In this document: in pieces, positions 60,555-64,000 of the stretch | How positions within the stretch are numbered: position 1 is the stretch's first letter | Layout of the letters: every line of letters begins with the position of its first letter | From: Chiloscyllium plagiosum | Lineage: Eukaryota | NCBI RefSeq assembly: GCF_004010195.1 | Contig: NC_057718.1 | Location: 44,864,143 to 44,928,142, forward strand | DNA length: 64,000 nucleotides | Direction: 5' to 3' | Made by a program: the position numbers and the translations under genes | The notes under the pieces: generated by a model | Told to the model about the DNA's origin: nothing | Database searches by the model: none | What the model saw: only the letters and a program-made list of their open reading frames with translations

Positions 60555-62420
60555 ACAAGAACTGGGATCAGCAGTAACAATTTGTTTGCTCTGCCATTCA
60601 ATATTATCCTCACTGATCTTGGGCTTCAACTCCACTTTTCTGTCTGCTCCCCAAAGGCCTTGATTCCCTGAGAGGTCAAAATCCGTCTATCTCTACCTTG
60701 ATCCTAATCAATGATGGACACTCACAACCCTCTGGGGCAGAATATTTCAAACATTTATAACCCTTTAAGGGAAGTACTTCTTCCACATCTCAGTGTTAAA
60801 TGATTCTGAGTAGATTCCTGGGCTGGTAGAAACAATCCCTCAGCACCTACCACATGAAGCTCCTTCAGAATCTTGTTCATTTTACTAAGATTGCCTGTCA
60901 TTGTTCCAAACTCCAGCAAATATGACCCAATTTTTGCAGCTTCTCATCATAAGACAAATCTTTAATCTCTGGGACTAATTTAGTGAGCCCTCACTGTACA
61001 GATTCCAATGCAAAGATATAATCAATTAAATGTGGTGATCATGACTACACACAGTACTCTAAATGTGGTCTCACCAAAACACTATAAAATTGCAGCAAGT
61101 TTTCTTTATTCCTTCATTCAATCTCCTTGAAATAAAGGGGACTTGTGTTTGCCATTTGCTTTCCTAAAAGCTTGCTGCAGCTGCAGGCTATCATTCTGCA
61201 TACCTTGTCTGAGCATACCAACGTCTTTTAAATATCTATATTTACAAGTTACATACCTTTCTAAAAGAAATCTCCTATTCTCATAACTAAAGTGAATGAC
61301 TTTACACTTCCCTACATTAAGATCTATTTGCTACCTTGTTCTCCAAGCACTTAACTTTGCAAGCTCTTTACCTTCCACTTTGTTTTTTACTTTATCTTTC
61401 CACATAGCATTGTGTCATTAGGAAACCCAGATACATTACTCTCTTCATCTCTTCATCTAAGTCACTGATGCAGATTGTAAATAGCTCAGGGTCCAGCACC
61501 AATCATCTGTTACTCCATTGGCCACATCCCAACAACTTTGAAGATGTCTTGTTTCTACCACTTTCTACTTCCTGTACACTAACCGATCCTCTGTCCATAC
61601 AGTCTGCTGTAATGCGATAGTTCTGTTCTCATGCAATCCTGTGTTATAAGAAAATTGTGCAATCACAGCACCTTTTAAACAATGGGGCCAGAATCACGTT
61701 ATAACCAATACACACTTTAAAACTTTGCACTTTAGAAACAGTGTCCCCAATTCATCACTTGTATTATAGTGAATTCAGGTTAACAAATTACACTTTATAG
61801 CAGAATGACCTGTAAAAATATATTATCCTCAACATGATGAACCTTTATCTTGCTTATCAATATCTGTTCAGCACCCAATCAAACACCATTTAGAAATCAG
61901 AGTATATTGCATCTGCTAGTTCCCCTTTATTTTCCTTACTGATTACATTCTCAAAAACTACAAGAAAATTGTCAAACAGGATTTTCCTTTTAGTAAAATC
62001 GTATTGACCTGTTTGAAGTATATTATGCCTTTCTAAGCATATTGTTAAGACCCCCTTGGTACTACATGCCAGCATTATCCCAATTGATATTAGATTAACT
62101 GAGCTGTTGTCCCATGTTTTCTCCTTGTCTCCTTTTTGAAAAGTGATCCAATACTTGGCAACTTTTAATCTAATGGAACCATTTCCGAGTCCAAGGAATT
62201 TAGGAATATAACAGCTAGTCATCCATAATCTTGGTGTTTATCTTTTTTGGAATACTGGACTATAGACCATTGGGTTCTCAGGATTTGTCAGATTTTAGTC
62301 CCTTGCTTTCTGCAATTTTTTTTTCTCTCTCTGTCAATATTCATTTCCTTATTGTTTTTAGCCCCTAAATTGCTGTTTGCTCTGTGTCTCTGAAACTTGT
62401 GTCTCCTTCTGTAAAGACAG
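60555..62420 (-). mobile_element. Old CR1 fragment (about 1.6 kb) with a MITE insert
   Basis: ORF 61890-62222 ..FQKGDKEK..SVNLIS..FENV..GELADAIYSDF; CR1 tail at 60555-60720. Confidence 0.8.
61600..61812. mobile_element. Tc1/mariner-pogo (Tigger-like) MITE
   Basis: TA|CAG(..)TCTGCTGTAA ... TTATAGCAGAATGACCTG|TA: imperfect TIRs with a TA TSD. Confidence 0.75.
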
Positions 62421-62579
62421 GTATCAAATAAAACAAGTGCAATAACATTAAACGTCAGTGACTATTCTATTGCTATTACTCTATCCCACACAATGCCGTC
62501 AGGATATCATCCTGAGATTTTAAGTTATTGTCTCAGTCTATATTTTCAAATTGAGGAAAACTGTTCAATTAAGAAATAT

Positions 62580-62945
62580 TAGCAATGGCTCAGTGATTGC
62601 ATTCTTGCCTGTGAGTCAAACAGTTTAGATCCCATCCAGGACTTGAGTACATAATGTTGACTGTCACTTCAATGGCACTGAAATATTAAATTGAATCCAT
62701 GTGGATGTAAAAGATCTCATGACAAATTTGAAGAAAAGCAGGGCAATTCTCCAGATGCCCTGGGTAATATCCATCCCAAAAACAGAATTAAGTGTGGATT
62801 ATTTGGTCATGCATCTCACTGCTCTTTGCCAGACATTGCTGGTCAGACATTGCCTGTTGTGCTTGCCTACCCTGACTAAGCTTCCAAATTAATTCAATTA
62901 TTGTGAAGCACTTTGAAACATCCTGAGCATATAAATGCTACTATC
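62580..62945 (+). mobile_element. DeuSINE-like element
   Basis: Head TGGCTCAGTG; core GGATGTAAAAGATCTCATG..TTTGAAGAAAAGCAGGG..TTCTCC..CCTGG..AATAT; L2-type tail TGTGAAGCACTTTG..ATATAAATGC. Confidence 0.72.
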
Positions 62946-63214
62946 TTTTGTTTTTAATTTTAGAAAACAGAAAATAATTATTACATGAACGATTTCTTAA
63001 ACTTTCAAAAGCACCAAACATTTCCTGAAATGAATGCTAGCTATTATTTCGCACCTAATATCTGTGTAGTTCAGTTGATGAGTTAAATATTCTTCTGAAT
63101 ACTAACAGCACAACACTGGCTCATCTATACTAATTTTTGCATCAGTTCAATTTTCAATGTCATATGCATGTAAAAATATATCATTATTCAATACTTGTTG
63201 TTTTATTTACTTCC

Positions 63215-63695
63215 AGAATTTGGGCTTCACTGGCTGGTCCAACATTTGTTGCCCATCCCTAGTTGCTAATGAGAAGGTAGTAGTGAGGAAGGAAGGTAGT
63301 CTTCTTGAATTGCTGCAATCCATTTGGTTTAGGTACATCCACAATCCCATTATGGAGGGAGTTCCAGGATATTGACACAGCAACACTGAGGTTTTAGATT
63401 TCCATTTCCGGATGGTGAGTGTCTTAGAGGGCAGCTTGCAGATGGTGGTGTTCCCATGAAACTACTGCCCTTGCCCCTATGCATGGTAGTGATCATTTAT
63501 TTAGAACTGCTGTCTGAGGAACATTGGTAAATTTCTGCAGTGCATTTTGTAAATGGTACATACTGCTGCTTCTGTGCATCGATGGTGTGGAGACTGAATG
63601 TTTGTGGATGTGGTGTCAATCAAGCAAGCTATTTTGTCCTAGATGGTGTCAAGCTTCCTGCTGTTGGAGTTGCACTAACCCAGGCAAATGGGGAG
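63215..63695 (-). mobile_element. Old non-LTR family 3' part
   Basis: ATTTGTTGCCCATCCCTAGTTGC tail; TTGTCCTAGATGGTGTCAAGCTTC..TGTTGGAG is the reverse complement of PTT.KLDTI.DK. Confidence 0.7.
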
Positions 63696-63697
63696 TA

Positions 63698-64000
63698 CAG
63701 AGGAACCTCGATTATTGGAATGAGATGGGCGGGCCATATTTCCTTTGGATAATTGATTATTCGGTTATTTGATTCAATGCCTCTCCTCTTGGGCTTGGAG
63801 TTTTCTGAAGTTTCCTTTTTCCTCGCTCTGCCTGCCTTGCTCTCTGTCTCAGGGTTTGTTTCTGAGCAGACACACACTTGTGTGTAAGGGGCCAGCAGCA
63901 TTGCTGAAGCCTCCCACTTTCCCCCCCACCACCCATCAGTTCAATGGGATTGACACAGCGAACACTTGCTAAGTCCGCTCCCCGTTCAGGAGACTAGGCA
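63698..64000. mobile_element. Left end of a Tigger/pogo-like DNA transposon (runs off window)
   Basis: TA|CAGAGGAACCTCGATTAT, a pogo-type TIR start, interrupting the old LINE; internal GGATAAT..ATTATTCG subterminal repeats. Confidence 0.7.

Noticed and set aside
1..64000. The six-frame ORFs as host genes
   Set aside because: The longer ones are CR1, L1, Rex1 or Gypsy fragments or their antisense frames; the rest are short, often lack ATG starts, and show no recognisable domain.
1..64000. Prokaryote-type systems (CRISPR array, operon, retron, prophage)
   Set aside because: No regularly spaced repeat-spacer array and no gene-dense region; the repeat content is vertebrate.

Overview
About 40% GC, CpG-depleted, repeat-dominated vertebrate DNA. 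The repeat content (CR1 LINEs with HE1-like V-SINE partners, Penelope-type terminal repeats, DeuSINEs, fish-type L1, Rex1/Babar) points to a cartilaginous fish, most likely a shark; this is an inference. I recognise no intact host protein-coding gene, and nearly all listed ORFs are decayed retrotransposon or antisense frames, so the window looks intronic or intergenic. More than half is nested mobile elements: about 20 CR1 pieces, five V-SINEs, Gypsy gag/pol remnants, a hAT remnant, Tigger-like elements and an internally deleted L1 with both ends and a TSD. The most notable signals are: (1) three families of short Penelope-like elements with minimal hammerhead-ribozyme motifs, several with 12-15 bp TSDs, fold-back structure and ends clustered at the ribozyme; (2) a CpG-retaining promoter-like zone at about 40.5-41.5 kb; (3) a speculative chain of small minus-strand exons, including a clean 24-nt microexon in a transposon-free block, that splice in frame into an unrecognised ORF. 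Repeat family names come from motif recall, not database searches, and most boundaries are approximate (about 20 bp) unless a TSD is quoted.
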